Positions 12,931 to 25,440 of a stretch of 64,000 nucleotides of DNA are shown here, piece after piece; within the stretch, counting starts at the first letter, position 1, and each line of letters starts with the position of its first letter. The DNA is from Octopus sinensis. Taxonomy: Eukaryota. Below the pieces are notes generated by a model. The model was not told where the DNA came from, searched no databases, and saw nothing but the letters and a program-made list of their open reading frames with translations. Where the stretch lies: the NCBI RefSeq assembly GCF_006345805.1, contig NC_043008.1, positions 46,252,001 to 46,316,000 of the forward strand. The letters are read 5' to 3'. Made by a program: the position numbers and the translations under genes.

Positions 12931-13159
12931 ACTGTTTGTTCTATTGTTTCATTATCATTATTATTGAATTTCCCACTGTCATCAGGCGTCCCACGACATA
13001 TTCTCTACATCATTATCTGCATATTTTTGTTAGAATTATTAAACATGCATGGTTTCAAAATTTACAGTCTAATGTTATGCTCCAGTTCAATATTTTATTG
13101 CTTTGCACGATAGTTAAATAAATTCTTTCCATTTATATACAGCACATACAATTGAAAAT

Positions 13160-13184
13160 TGATATATATATATATATATATATA

Positions 13185-13232
<48 letters not shown>

Positions 13233-13257
13233 ATATATAAGTTATGTATATATATAT

Positions 13258-13298
<41 letters not shown>

Positions 13299-13756
13299 GT
13301 ATATATATATATGTATATATAAGGTATGTAATATATATTGTATATATAACGTATGTGTATATATATATGTATATATAACGTATATGTATAATATATGTAT
13401 GTATAATGTGTGTATATATATATATATGTATATATAATGTGTGTATATATATATATATATATGTATGCATAATGTGTGTATATATATATATGTATATATA
13501 ATGTATGTGTATATATATATATATGTATGTATAATGTGTGTAATTTATATATATATATATGTATATAATATGTGTGTATATATGTATATGTATATATAAT
13601 GTGTGTGTGTATATATATATATATATATAGGGAGAGGAGAGAGGTGTGTGGGTGGAAAGAGAGATAGGGAGGGAGAGATGCAAATAAACAGAATTAGATG
13701 CACACATACATATCTAGATGGGGAGTTTTGTCGTGATAAGAAGGAACAGAAATAAA

Positions 13757-13804
<48 letters not shown>

Positions 13805-13920
13805 ATATATATATATGCATATATATACATATATATATACATATATGCATATATATACATATATATATATATACATATAAACATACATATATATATATGT
13901 ATATATATATATATACACAT
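13160..13920. repeat. Complex (TA)n/(TATG)n microsatellite arrays
   Basis: Read directly. Confidence 0.95.
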
Positions 13921-14524
13921 ATCTTTCTATATTCACGTATTTATATCTATACAAATATGTATATATGCAAGTATGTATTCGTGTGTATATGGGTTTAAGT
14001 CTACATACGAGTCGCATTTTGTATTTTCTCTTCATAAACAAATGTATGAAATGAGGACATTTTGATAGAGATAGATTTAAACTTTCATTCGGATCAATAA
14101 CTTTTGTCGATTGTTGAGTATTGAATAGAAATTTAACAAGAGTAAACAATGAGTGCATTCAATACTAGGTGAACAAAATATATATTTTAAAATTGGATAC
14201 AGTCATTTATTTCAATTCGGAACAGTTTCTTATTGTTCAATTTATATTACATACATAAAAATATCGGCAATGATGTTTCATGAATATTTAATAGCATATC
14301 TCTATTGACCAACTATGTCTAGCGTACACATCTCTAAATAAGTCCCCGAAAGGTAACAGGCAATTCTTGCCAATGTGAAAAGAGGCTCGATTTCAAATAC
14401 AAGTCGGAGAAATTTACCCACATCATTCCAATTTTTTTATTCAGTGCACACAGGCATGGAAGAAGAATGATCATATTACATATTTGAATCACTAGTGTTA
14501 AACGTAAAGTAATGTGCTCGTGTT

Positions 14525-14566
<42 letters not shown>

Positions 14567-14574
14567 GTGTGTAT

Positions 14575-14662
<88 letters not shown>

Positions 14663-14765
14663 ATAAAGTTAATCCAAACATGAAAGCACAAAAAGGCACA
14701 ACAACGTGAGGACATGGAACAAATAGAATATTATTGGACGCTCAGAAAGAAGGAAAGAAGGAGAG

Positions 14766-14797
14766 TTTAACGTTTCGAGCGGAGCTCTTCGTCGGAA
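14766..14797 (-). other. Degenerate minimal hammerhead-like motif
   Basis: Minus strand: tt-CCGACGA-a-gagc-tcc-gctc-GAAAC-GTTA-aa. U4 is replaced by C; stem I is weak. Confidence 0.45.
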
Positions 14798-14854
14798 AAA
14801 TAGAAGAAGGAAAGATACAGAGGAAAAAAATCGCTAAAGGTACACACGAGGTCA

Positions 14855-14885
<31 letters not shown>

Positions 14886-14907
14886 CACACACACACACAC
14901 ACACACC

Positions 14908-14938
<31 letters not shown>

Positions 14939-15072
14939 TAACACCTGTTAAGTGACGTGCTGGCAGCGTCGTTTCGTTTCCGGCCAACATGCTCTGAACC
15001 ATGTCATCCATCTTTACGTTCTAATATGCATGCGTGGAGACTCAATATGTAATTATATATATATATATGTAT

Positions 15073-15148
<76 letters not shown>

Positions 15149-15979
15149 CAGATTGAGTCTCCACGCATGCATGCATACCCTCATTCACACCTACCCTAAT
15201 ATAGTTTCAAAAATGTATTCGTAAAATGGGTTGTGTATTTGCTTCCATGATATTAAAAATTTCCTTTTGTTTCTTGTTATGAGGCAAAAACGCAGCAGAA
15301 ATGTAAATATCAATTTGTTTTTAAATGTAGCGATCTCTTCTTTAGATGCCCTTTAATAGGGAAAATGGTACGTTACTTTTATAAATACAGTTTTGTGCCT
15401 TTGCTAACATACATACACTCACGGGTGAACAAACATATACACATAGGCGCTTACACGCACACATACAGTGTACTTATACATTACATTTAAGTTATACAAT
15501 ATTTGCATGCATCTATCTCTGTTACTTTAGCTTTATATGCATTCAGCCCTGATGCATCGGAAGAAGTTTGGCCTTTTATAAGTAAGAAAATCAATACAAA
15601 TATGACGAAGTTAATACTTCTGTTGACAACGATCTCATGTCATAGGCATATGCTTTTAAGGAGATCAAATGGCGTTCAGTTGACAAATACATTTGCGGAT
15701 ATTCAACTGCTTAAATTGTCGCTTAGGTAAACACTATGATTAAATTGCTGGTTTGGTAAACAGTATGATAAAATGTATATGGCTAATGATATCACGAAGT
15801 GGATATATTACGATCTCATGAAGTAAGAATATTTCTGGGGGAATGCGTTACAAATAACTTTTCTGTTTCCGTTGTTGTGGCTCGTTCAAGGTCATCGTTA
15901 TTAAGTGATCCCATGGCACTTTTCTCCCTTTCTTTATATATACATATCTTCGAGTGTGCATGCATGTGTGTGAGCTACA

Positions 15980-16000
15980 ATATATATATTATATATATAT

Positions 16001-16037
<37 letters not shown>

Positions 16038-16075
16038 GATGTATATATATATGTATATATGTATATATATATATG

Positions 16076-16154
<79 letters not shown>

Positions 16155-16238
16155 GTATATATTTATATATGTATATTTATATATGTATATATATTATATA
16201 TGTATATATTTATATATGTATATATTTATATATATATT

Positions 16239-16270
<32 letters not shown>

Positions 16271-16591
16271 TATATATATATATATTTATATTATATATAT
16301 ATATATATATATATCATATTTATATATATATATTCATATATATATTTATATATATATTTATTTATATATAGATATATTTATTTATATATATATATATCTA
16401 TATATATATATATACATATTTATTTATTTATTTATATATATATATTTATTTATTTATATATATATATATATTTATATATATATTTATATATATATCTATA
16501 TATATATATATATTTATATATATTTATATATATATATATTATTTATATATATATATATTATATTTATATATATATTTATATATATATATAT
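15980..16591. repeat. Large degenerate (TA)n array
   Basis: Read directly; forms the stop-free N-terminal part of ORF 16059..18353. Confidence 0.95.
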
Positions 16592-18353
16592 TGCAAACCG
16601 CCTGAGTAAGCACACCAAAAGTGGAGAGAAGTCTCGGCTCGAAAGAATGCTAATGGAAACTGAGAAAAGTCTACATCAGTCCCATGAAAAGGGGAGAGCA
16701 GATAAAGAAGCTTGGGTAATAGAAAATATAAAATCAAACCCTAAAGCTTTCTTTAATTTTGCCAAAGAGACAGCCACAGTGCACCAGAGAATAGGACCTC
16801 TCTTCCAAAAAGATGGCTCTCTCACAGGAAATCCCACGAGGATAAGCGAAATACTGAACGAACAGTTCCAAAGTGTGTTCACTACACCTCTAGGACACAG
16901 GCAAGTAAACAACCCAGAAGAATTCTTTGCCATCTTACCAGCGGCCAAAGAGACAAAAATTGAGTACATCAACATCGAAGATGATGATATCACACTAGCC
17001 ATTGATGAGATTGATACAAACTCAGCTGCTGGACCTGATGGATTCCAAGCGATCCTTCTCAAATCGTGCAAACGAGCCCTTGCAAAACCGCTACAGCTTC
17101 TTTTTCAGAGCTTTCTTGCAAGTGGTAAGCTCCCAGTCAAACTGAAAGAGGGGGTAATATGCCCTATCCATAAGGGAGGTAGCAGAGCAGATGCTAAAAA
17201 TTATAGGCCTATCTCTCTGACCTCACACATCAGCAAAGTCATGGAACGAATAGTCCGTAAGAAACTAATCATGTTCCTTGAAGAAAATGACTTACTGTCT
17301 GACACCCAGCATGGGTTTCGACCAGGTAGAGGCTGCCTAACACAGCTCCTGCAACACTATGACTGGGTGTTGAAACAGATACTAAATGGCTCAAATGTGG
17401 ATGTAATATATCTTGACTTTGCAAAAGCCTTTGATAAAGTCGACCATGGTATGATCTGTCACAAACTGCGTGGTCTCGGCATAGGCGGGAAACTTGGAGA
17501 GTGGCTGCACAACTTCCTAAAAGACAGAAAACAGGCAGTTGTGAGCAATGGAGCCACCTCCAAGGAAACGCAAATAACAAGCGGTGTCCCACAGGGCACT
17601 GTCTTGGGGCCACTGATGTTCATAGTGGCCCTTTCAGACATGCCTTCAGTTGCTACGATGACCACCCTTGCTAGCTATGCAGATGACCCAAAAGTCTCCC
17701 ACGCAATACAAAACCCTGAAAATATTGCGCATCTGCAACATGAGGTGGACACAATATACAGGTGGGCTGAGGACAACAACATGCAGTTTAATGCAGGTAA
17801 GTTCCAGGCCCTGCGCTACTGGCACACAAAGGTAAATGACGTGAAGACTGGATACACTGGCCCAGGAATAATTGCAATCCCTGAGTCAAATTCAGTGCGT
17901 GACCTGGGCATTGACATGAGCAATGATGCATCTTTCCAAATGCATATTGCTAATCTGGTGATAAAATGCAGACGGCTAGCTGGATGGATTCTCCGAACTT
18001 TCAGAACAAGAGAGAAGGAGACACTGATGGTCCTATGGAAAACATTCGTCCTCAGCCGCTTGGACTACTGCTCCCAACTTTGGTCACCACACAATATAAA
18101 ACAAACAGCAGAACTCGAAGCAACTCAGAGCAGCTACACAAAGAAAATCGTCTCAATGCAAAATGTCAGCTACTGGGAAAGACTGAAGGTATTAAACCTC
18201 TTCTCCCTGGAGCGGAGGCGGGAGAGATATGCAGTGATATACATCTGGAAAATCCTGGAGGGTCTTGTCCCAAACTTTGGCATTCAAAGATACTCCAACC
18301 GCAGAACGGGGCGCCGCTGCGTGGTGCCAAGGATTCCAACATCACCATCATAA
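16592..18353 (+). pseudogene. LINE ORF2 RT region, open until a premature TAA
   Basis: Continuous frame from [10 protein letters not shown] at 18351-53 where copy A3 has AAA (caccatcaaaatacagg). Confidence 0.9.
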
Positions 18354-18667
18354 TACAGGTCCAGATACTGCAACAGCTTGGGTTTCAGAGGACCACAGCT
18401 CTTTAACATCCTCCCTAAATGCCTGAGAGACTTACATGGTGTGGATGTGGGTTTCTTTAAAACTAAACTCGATCTCTTCTTGTTGGGAGTCCCAGATGAA
18501 CCTACCTCAGGACAGGAGACACGGATGCGGGCAGCAGCATCGAACTCCCTTGTTGATCAAGTGCCACGTATCAGAGGTGGATTCACAAACTAGTGTAGCT
18601 CATTCAGCGGTGGTGCCCCAGCATGGCCGCGGCCTTCGGGCTAGAATATTTTTAAGGATTTAAGGAT
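16592..18667 (+). mobile_element. CR1/L2-group LINE, family A, copy A1 (5'-truncated)
   Basis: RT motifs [52 protein letters not shown]. 3' UTR ends in (TTTAAGGA)n. Confidence 0.95.
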
Positions 18668-18684
18668 ATATATATATATATTTA

Positions 18685-18932
18685 TATAAAATATTATTAG
18701 AGACAAAACCACTATTTTGCAACACAAACAAGGAAAGACTTAATCAATACATAAAATTTTAATAAATAGTCAAAACTATTTATTAAATTTTGTATTGATT
18801 AAGTCTTTCCTTGTTTGTTTTGCAAAATAGTGGTTTTGTCTCTAATAATATTTTATAATATTTTACTATAAAATTGGATTTAATCCTAAATCTGATTTTT
18901 TCCCTGTAAATTTGATTTATTCCCTAATATTT
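18685..18932. mobile_element. Collapsed hairpin copy of the 61.7-63.2-kb Penelope-like family (no ribozyme left)
   Basis: Arms 18685-18770 / 18775-18857 with loop CAAA, then the same tail (tttactataaaattggatttaatcc...) as at 63100-63175. Confidence 0.85.
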
Positions 18933-18939
18933 ATATTAT

Positions 18940-18986
<47 letters not shown>

Positions 18987-19017
18987 ATATATATATTTAT
19001 TTATATATATATATATC

Positions 19018-19065
<48 letters not shown>

Positions 19066-19109
19066 ATATCTATATATATATATATATTTATATATATTAT
19101 ATATATATA

Positions 19110-19140
<31 letters not shown>

Positions 19141-19164
19141 TTATATATTTTATATATATATTAT

Positions 19165-19551
19165 ATACTAAGCAATAAGGGTTTAGCAACGAATTGCCTT
19201 ACCACATACCGATTTAGAAATAGCAGTCAAAGAGTTTAGCTATTTCTTCTCTTCTACTACTAAAAAGGGAGATCTCAGTAAACAGCAATTGGAAGGCAGA
19301 CACAAACAGGTAAGAGAATGTATTGACGGCAATCTATCATACATTTTTAAGTTATCTACGGACGTACGTGTCGAAAACAAGTTTTTAGGAAAGCATAAGA
19401 ATTAAATATTAATATTAAATAATTCTATCTTACCGAAACTTCTTTTCTCTTCAGCGTAGAAAACTATAATCATAATGATTATATATTGAATTTTGAGATA
19501 CTAGAAGGCACCAACTCAACTCATATCAGAGCGAGCTAGAATCCGCAACTA
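19165..19551 (-). mobile_element. Non-coding hammerhead-bearing element, homologous to 43937-44384
   Basis: Reverse complement aligns with the 44-kb element (aattcttatgctttcctaa; gttgagttggtgccttctagtatctcaaaattcaat). Confidence 0.85.
19356..19459 (-). ncRNA. Hammerhead ribozyme fold with a core mutation (GACAC)
   Basis: ctacg-CTGAAGA-gaaaagaagttt...aaacttgttttc-GACAC-gtac-GTC-cgtag. Stems are well formed, but GAAA is replaced by GACA. Confidence 0.75.
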
Positions 19552-19639
19552 TATATTTATATATATATATATTTTATCTATATATTTATATATATATTAT
19601 ATATATATTTATATATATATTATATATATTAATTTATAT

Positions 19640-19670
<31 letters not shown>

Positions 19671-19892
19671 CTATATATATTTATATATTTATATATTATA
19701 TATTATATGTATATTTATATACATATTTATATATGTATAACATATCTATATATCTATATATATATATTTATATATATCTATATATATAATATATATATAT
19801 ATTTATATATATATTTATTATAATATATATATATATATATTTATTAATAATATATATATATTTATTTATATATATTATATATATATTTATTT

Positions 19893-19925
<33 letters not shown>

Positions 19926-20123
19926 ATTTATTTATATATATAATATTTATATATATATATTTATTTATATATATATTTATATATATATATAATATCTATA
20001 TATATATATTTATTTATTTATATATATATATCTATTTATATTATATATATATATATTTATTATATATATATATATTTATATATATATTTAATTATATATA
20101 TCTATATCTATATATATAATATA

Positions 20124-20170
<47 letters not shown>

Positions 20171-20233
20171 TTATTTATATATATATATATATAATTATAT
20201 ATAATATATATATTTATATATATATATATTTAT

Positions 20234-20264
<31 letters not shown>

Positions 20265-20595
20265 ATTTATATATATATTTATTTATATATATATATATCT
20301 ATATATATATTTATTTATTTATATATATATATATATTTATTTATATATATATATATTTATATTTATATATATTTATTTATATATATATATATATATTTAT
20401 TTTATATAATTTATTTATATATATATATATTTATTTATAATATATATATTTATTTATATATTAATTTTTTTATTTTATATTATATTTATTTATTTATATA
20501 TATATATATACTTATTTATTTATTTATTTATATATATATATTTATTTATATATATATATATATATTTATTTATTTATTTATTTATATATATAATA

Positions 20596-20643
<48 letters not shown>

Positions 20644-20755
20644 ATATATATATTTATTTATATATATATATATTTATTTATATATTTATTTATATATATA
20701 TATATTTATTTATATATATATTTATTTATTATATATATATTTTATTTACATATAT
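19552..20755. repeat. Large degenerate (TA)n/(TTTA)n array
   Basis: Read directly. Confidence 0.95.
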
Positions 20756-20835
20756 GATTGATTGATTCTAGTTTCAGCTTATGAGCCGTGAGCATGCTGG
20801 GGCATCGCCATTTGGTGTTGCTACTTGGTTTCACT

Positions 20836-23825
20836 TCACGAAAGCTTTCTAGCAACTGCTATTTGGTGCATGAGAGAGTTCGATGCAGCTGCCCTCATCT
20901 GCCCCTCCTGCCGTGAAGTTGGTTCATCTTGGACACCTGACAGGAAGAGATCCAGCTTCATTTTAAAGACATCTGTATCCACCCCATGCAGGTCTCTCAG
21001 GTTCTTCGGGAGAATATTGAAGAGCTGTGAGCCTCGGAAGCCCAGGCTATCACAGAATCTTGTCCTACATCTTGATGGCACGTTTGGAGTCCTAGGCACC
21101 ACGCAGTGGTGCCCAGTTCTGGCATTTGCGTAACTCTCGATGCCAAAGTTTAGGACACGTCCCACCAGGATCTGCCAGATGTATATTATGGCATATCCTT
21201 CCCGCCTACGCTCCAGGGAATATAATTTTAATCTCTTGAGTCTTTCCCAGTAGCTTACATTCTGCATAGAGGCTATCTTCTTCGTGTAGCTACGTTGGAT
21301 CGCCTCGAGCGCTGTGATCAACATGACACTGGATGGTGACCATAACTGAGAGCAAAAGTCAAAGTGGCTTAGGACAAGTGTCCTCCAGAGGACCAACATG
21401 GTTTCTTCTTCTCTTGTTCTAAAGGTTCTGAGGATCCATCCGGCCAGTCGTCTACATTTCATTGCCAATTTAGCAACATGTACACGAAAGGTCGCGTCAT
21501 CACTCATGTAAATACCTAGGTCACGCACTGATTGTGCCTCCGGGATTGCTATTCCTCCGGGTCCAGTGTATTCATTGGGTATTGCATTTAGTTTTGCATG
21601 CCGATAGTATAGAGCTTGAAACGTTTCAGCATTGAACTGCATGTTATTCTTTTCGGCCCTCTTGTATATTTTGTCTAGCTCACATTGCAGGTGTTTAGTG
21701 TCCTCAGGGTTCTGTATTGCCTGTGAAACTTTTGTATCATCTGCATAACTTGTGATCGTGGCTCTCTGCGTGGCTGAGGGCATGTCTGAGAGGGCCATTA
21801 TGAACATTAGTGGTCCCAGAACAGTGCCCTGCGGAACACCGCTCACTATTTGCGTGTTAATGGAAGTGGCCCCATTGGCCACAACCACCTGACTTCTATC
21901 TTTCAGAAAGTCATGAAGCCATTCTCCCAGTTTTCCAACTATGTTGAGATCACGCAGTTTGTGACATATCATTCCATGATCGACTTTATCAAAGGCCTTC
22001 GCAAAGTCGAGATACATCACTTCCACATTTGAATGGTTGAGCAGCCGTTTCAGCACCCAGTCATAGTGTTGTAGGAGCTGAGCTAAACAGCTTCTCCCTG
22101 GTCGGAAACCATGTTGGGTGTCAGGCAGCAAGTCATTCTCTTCAAGGAAGGTGATCAGCTTCCTTCTGACTATTCGTTCCATGACCTTGCTGATGTGTGA
22201 GGTCAGAGAGATAGGTCTATAGTTCTTGGCTTCCGCTCTGCTACCTTCTTTATGAATGGGGCATATTTTACCTTCCTTCAGTTTTCTTGGAAGTTTGCCA
22301 GCTGCAAGGAAGCTCTGAAAGAGGAACTGCAGTGGTCTTGCTAGGACTCTCTTACATGCTTTTAGGAGGATTGCCGGGAATCCATCGGGGCCAGTAGCTG
22401 AGTCTGTTTTCATTTCATCTATAGCCTTGATTACATCGTCTTCCTTTATATCGATGTAATCTATCGACGCCGCCTCTGATTTTATATCTGCAGTGGTAAA
22501 AAAGTCAGTTGGATTGGTGATTAGGAGATGCCCAAGGGGTGGAGTGAAAACACTCTTGAATTGCTCATTCAGTATTTCACTTACCCTCATTGGTTTTCCT
22601 GTAAGTGTGCCATCCTTTTCGTGGAGTGGCCCTATTCTACAGTGCAGCGTAGCTGTTTCTTTGTCATACCTGTAGAAAGCTCTGGGCTTAGATTTTATGT
22701 TGTCTATAGACCAGGATTCTTTGTCTGCTCTTTCCTTTTCATTGGAGAGTTTCAGACATTTTTCGATTTCCAACAGTTTTATTTTTAGGCGGGACTTTTC
22801 ACTGCTTTCAATCTGTTTGTTTAGGCGATTTGAAATTTTGTACGCCGTCTCATTAAAATTTTCCTCTCTCTGGGGATTTTGTTCTTGTGTACAGTGGCCT
22901 TTCTCTCTGGGACACATATGTAGCATATGGCTTGCATTACAGACATGAATTGTTGAAGTTTCACGTCGATGTCTGGCGAGGAGAGACATTTAGGCCATTT
23001 TTATTTGAGGATCTCTTTCTCAATTTGTTTCCAGTTTGCCTTATGGTAGTTCAAGCTGGAAAGATTCTGAGGGTTTCTTGTAGGCTGCATGTCCGTGCTC
23101 TCTTTTGGCCCGTACATGGTCAGCTCTATCATGTTGTGATCCGAGAGTAGTTTTGGTGTTACTTTCACATTATGGATGAGATCTATGTCATTTGTGAAGC
23201 AGAGATCCAGTGTGTTACCTGCCCTGGTTGGTTGGAGTATTACCTGCTCCATGTACAGGGTGTTGATGAGGTTCAGGAGGGACCTCGCCTGTCCTCGTTC
23301 ACATCTTGTCATTCCTGGGAGAGAAAGGCCCTCGGGCCATCTGACTTTGGGCAGATTGAAGTCTCCCATAAGAAGTACACTTATGTGTTGTTCTAATGTG
23401 GTTAGAACTTCTTCTATTTTTATAAGGCAGTCTTCAAACTTGCCCACATGGCTTGGGGCATCTGGAGGGCGATATGTAGCACACACAACTACATCAAGTT
23501 GCCTAATATGTACAATTAGTGTGTCACACACCGAGTATGACAAGAGGACCTGGGGTGTGAGGTCCTCACGGATGTACATAGCAACACCTCCATGACTCCT
23601 TTCTTTCCTGTCGGTCCGTAGTATAGCATACTGTGGTATGTGTAACTCCGCATCTGCTATATCCGGTTTCAGGTGCGTTTCCGTAAGTGCTATGCATAAG
23701 GCTTGATTGCATGCAACAAAGTCTCTCAGGAACGGGATTTTTGTCCTGTTACTGAGTGTTTGCAGTCCTCTGATGTTCAGTAGGAGCATCGAGGTGAGGT
23801 GTACGTTGTTGCTGGTGGTGTCCAT
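20836..23825 (-). pseudogene. ORF2 (APE endonuclease + RT) of B1, disrupted by one stop (~23001) and one frameshift (~22835)
   Basis: MDTTSNNVHLTSMLLLNIRG..LTETHL..YRPP..GDFNLP..SDHNMI (23001..23933 track ORF). RT with YADDTK in 20836..22989. Lesions inferred by comparison with copy B2. Confidence 0.9.
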
Positions 23826-24682
23826 CCTGGGTCTGTTTGCTGTGGTGTTCTGGTATATAGTGGGAAGTCCCACCTGCGGGCTTGGGTTTGATGAAGCCAG
23901 GTCAGCTGCTGTACAATCCTTTGTGCCATGCACAAAAAAGATTGTTGCTCAGCAACTGCCCTTTCGACAACATTATGTTGGTGGTTTGTGGCACGCACAA
24001 CATCTGCGTACCTCTGCTTTGGGGCAAGTGGTGCGTGGTCCATCCCTTTTCCTTGTGTTGATGGTTTGTCCATCTGCCTCGTGTCTCTGTGGCAGGGTCC
24101 CCGATGTGCAAAGCGGCAGCCTGCACCTTCCTTTCCATGCCAGCAGGAACCTCTCAGGTAGAACCTACACACCCGTGTGCGCTGTTTGTTTCCATCTTTT
24201 GCGGTTCCACTTCTATTCCTGGTTTTTTCACCCTTTGGTCCTGCTTGAGCTTTTCCTTTATCTCTACCAGCCCTTCTTTTAGTTCTTCCTCCTCCCTCTA
24301 CCTCTTCACCGGGTTCTCCGTCTCCATGGCCCTTGCTGCCGGTTGGAGAACTTGCACCTGGGTTCACTTCCCGGGCAGGTTTCTCATTCAAATCCTCCTC
24401 CCGGGCGTCCACCAGGTGGGGGTGACTTCTTTCATCGTCTCCATTCTTGCCATCTTTGCCCCGCTCGTTCTCAAAGATGGCATCAAGTGTGCCAATGTTC
24501 GACCGTATAAGCGCATATGAGCGCACGAATTCCCGTCTCTTTCGCTCCATCTGAGCCGCTGTCCTCTTGTAGCCTTTGCGCTTCAGCGCAGCCGCAATCA
24601 CCTCGCTAGGGCTATCTCCGTCGGCGCACTTCCAGGCTCGTACGAATAAATCTAGTTCGTCAGGTCTCCATGCTCTGGACAT
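23777..24682 (-). CDS. LINE ORF1 protein (301 aa): Myb/SANT(trihelix)-like N-terminus and CCCH zinc finger
   Basis: Intact ATG-to-stop ORF upstream of and overlapping ORF2. Contains WRPDELDLFVRAW...LKRKGYKRTAAQMERKRREF and CRFYLRGSCWHGKEGAGCRFAH (C-x7-C-x8-C-x3-H). Confidence 0.85.
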   Translation of the reverse strand: MSRAWRPDELDLFVRAWKCADGDSPSEVIAAALKRKGYKRTAAQMERKRREFVRSYALIRSNIGTLDAIFENERGKDGKNGDDERSHPHLVDAREEDLNEKPAREVNPGASSPTGSKGHGDGEPGEEVEGGGRTKRRAGRDKGKAQAGPKGEKTRNRSGTAKDGNKQRTRVCRFYLRGSCWHGKEGAGCRFAHRGPCHRDTRQMDKPSTQGKGMDHAPLAPKQRYADVVRATNHQHNVVERAVAEQQSFLCMAQRIVQQLTWLHQTQARRWDFPLYTRTPQQTDPGWTPPATTYTSPRCSY

Positions 24683-24739
24683 GCTGGATGATCTGTCTAT
24701 TTGTTTATCTATCTAACTATGTTCGAGAGAAGACAAGAA

Positions 24740-25440
24740 GATATTAAGGCTAATTAGAAGATAGAGTATTTGGAAAAAAAATATATTAACAATATTAAAG
24801 TTTGTGGGTAAAAACGTTATTTAATCTTAAGGCTAATTAGGAGATAGAGTATCTGAAAATATATTAGCAATATTAATATTATATTAGAGTGTGGATAAAA
24901 ACGTTTTTTTTTTTTCTTAATTTTTTTAAATCTTAAGGCTAATTAGAAGATAGAGTATTCAAAAATATATTAAAGTGTGGGTAAAAATGTTAAAGTGTGG
25001 GTAAAACGTTATTTAATCTTAAGGCTAATTAGAGGATAGAGTATTATTAATATTAACAATATTAAAGTTTGTGGGTAAAAACGCTATTTAATCTTAAGGC
25101 TAATTAGGAGATAGACTATCTGAAAATATATTAACAATATTACTATTATATTAAAGTGTGGGTAAAAAACGTTATTTAATCTTAAGGCTAATTAGAGGAT
25201 AGAGTATCTGAAAATATATTAACAGATATTTAAAATGTGGGTAAAAAGGCTAATTAGAAAGATATTAGAGTGTGGGTAAAAAATTAGAAGATGTTAAGGT
25301 GTGGGTAAAAACGTTGTTTATTCTTAAGGCTAATTAGAAGATAGAGTATCTGAAAAATTATTAACAATGTTAAACAATATTAAACAATATTAAACGTTAT
25401 TTAATCTTAAGGCTAATTAGAAGATTGAATATCTGAAAGA
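24740..25440. repeat. Tandem array of ~9 degenerate ~75-105-bp units upstream of ORF1 of B1
   Basis: Core (tt)aaggctaattag recurs at ~24744, 24827, 24933, 25019, 25094, 25182, 25246, 25324 and 25407. Confidence 0.9.

Noticed and set aside
24740-25440. Repeat array as a CRISPR-like locus
   Set aside because: Units are degenerate tandem copies without unique spacers, in a eukaryotic LINE context with no cas genes.
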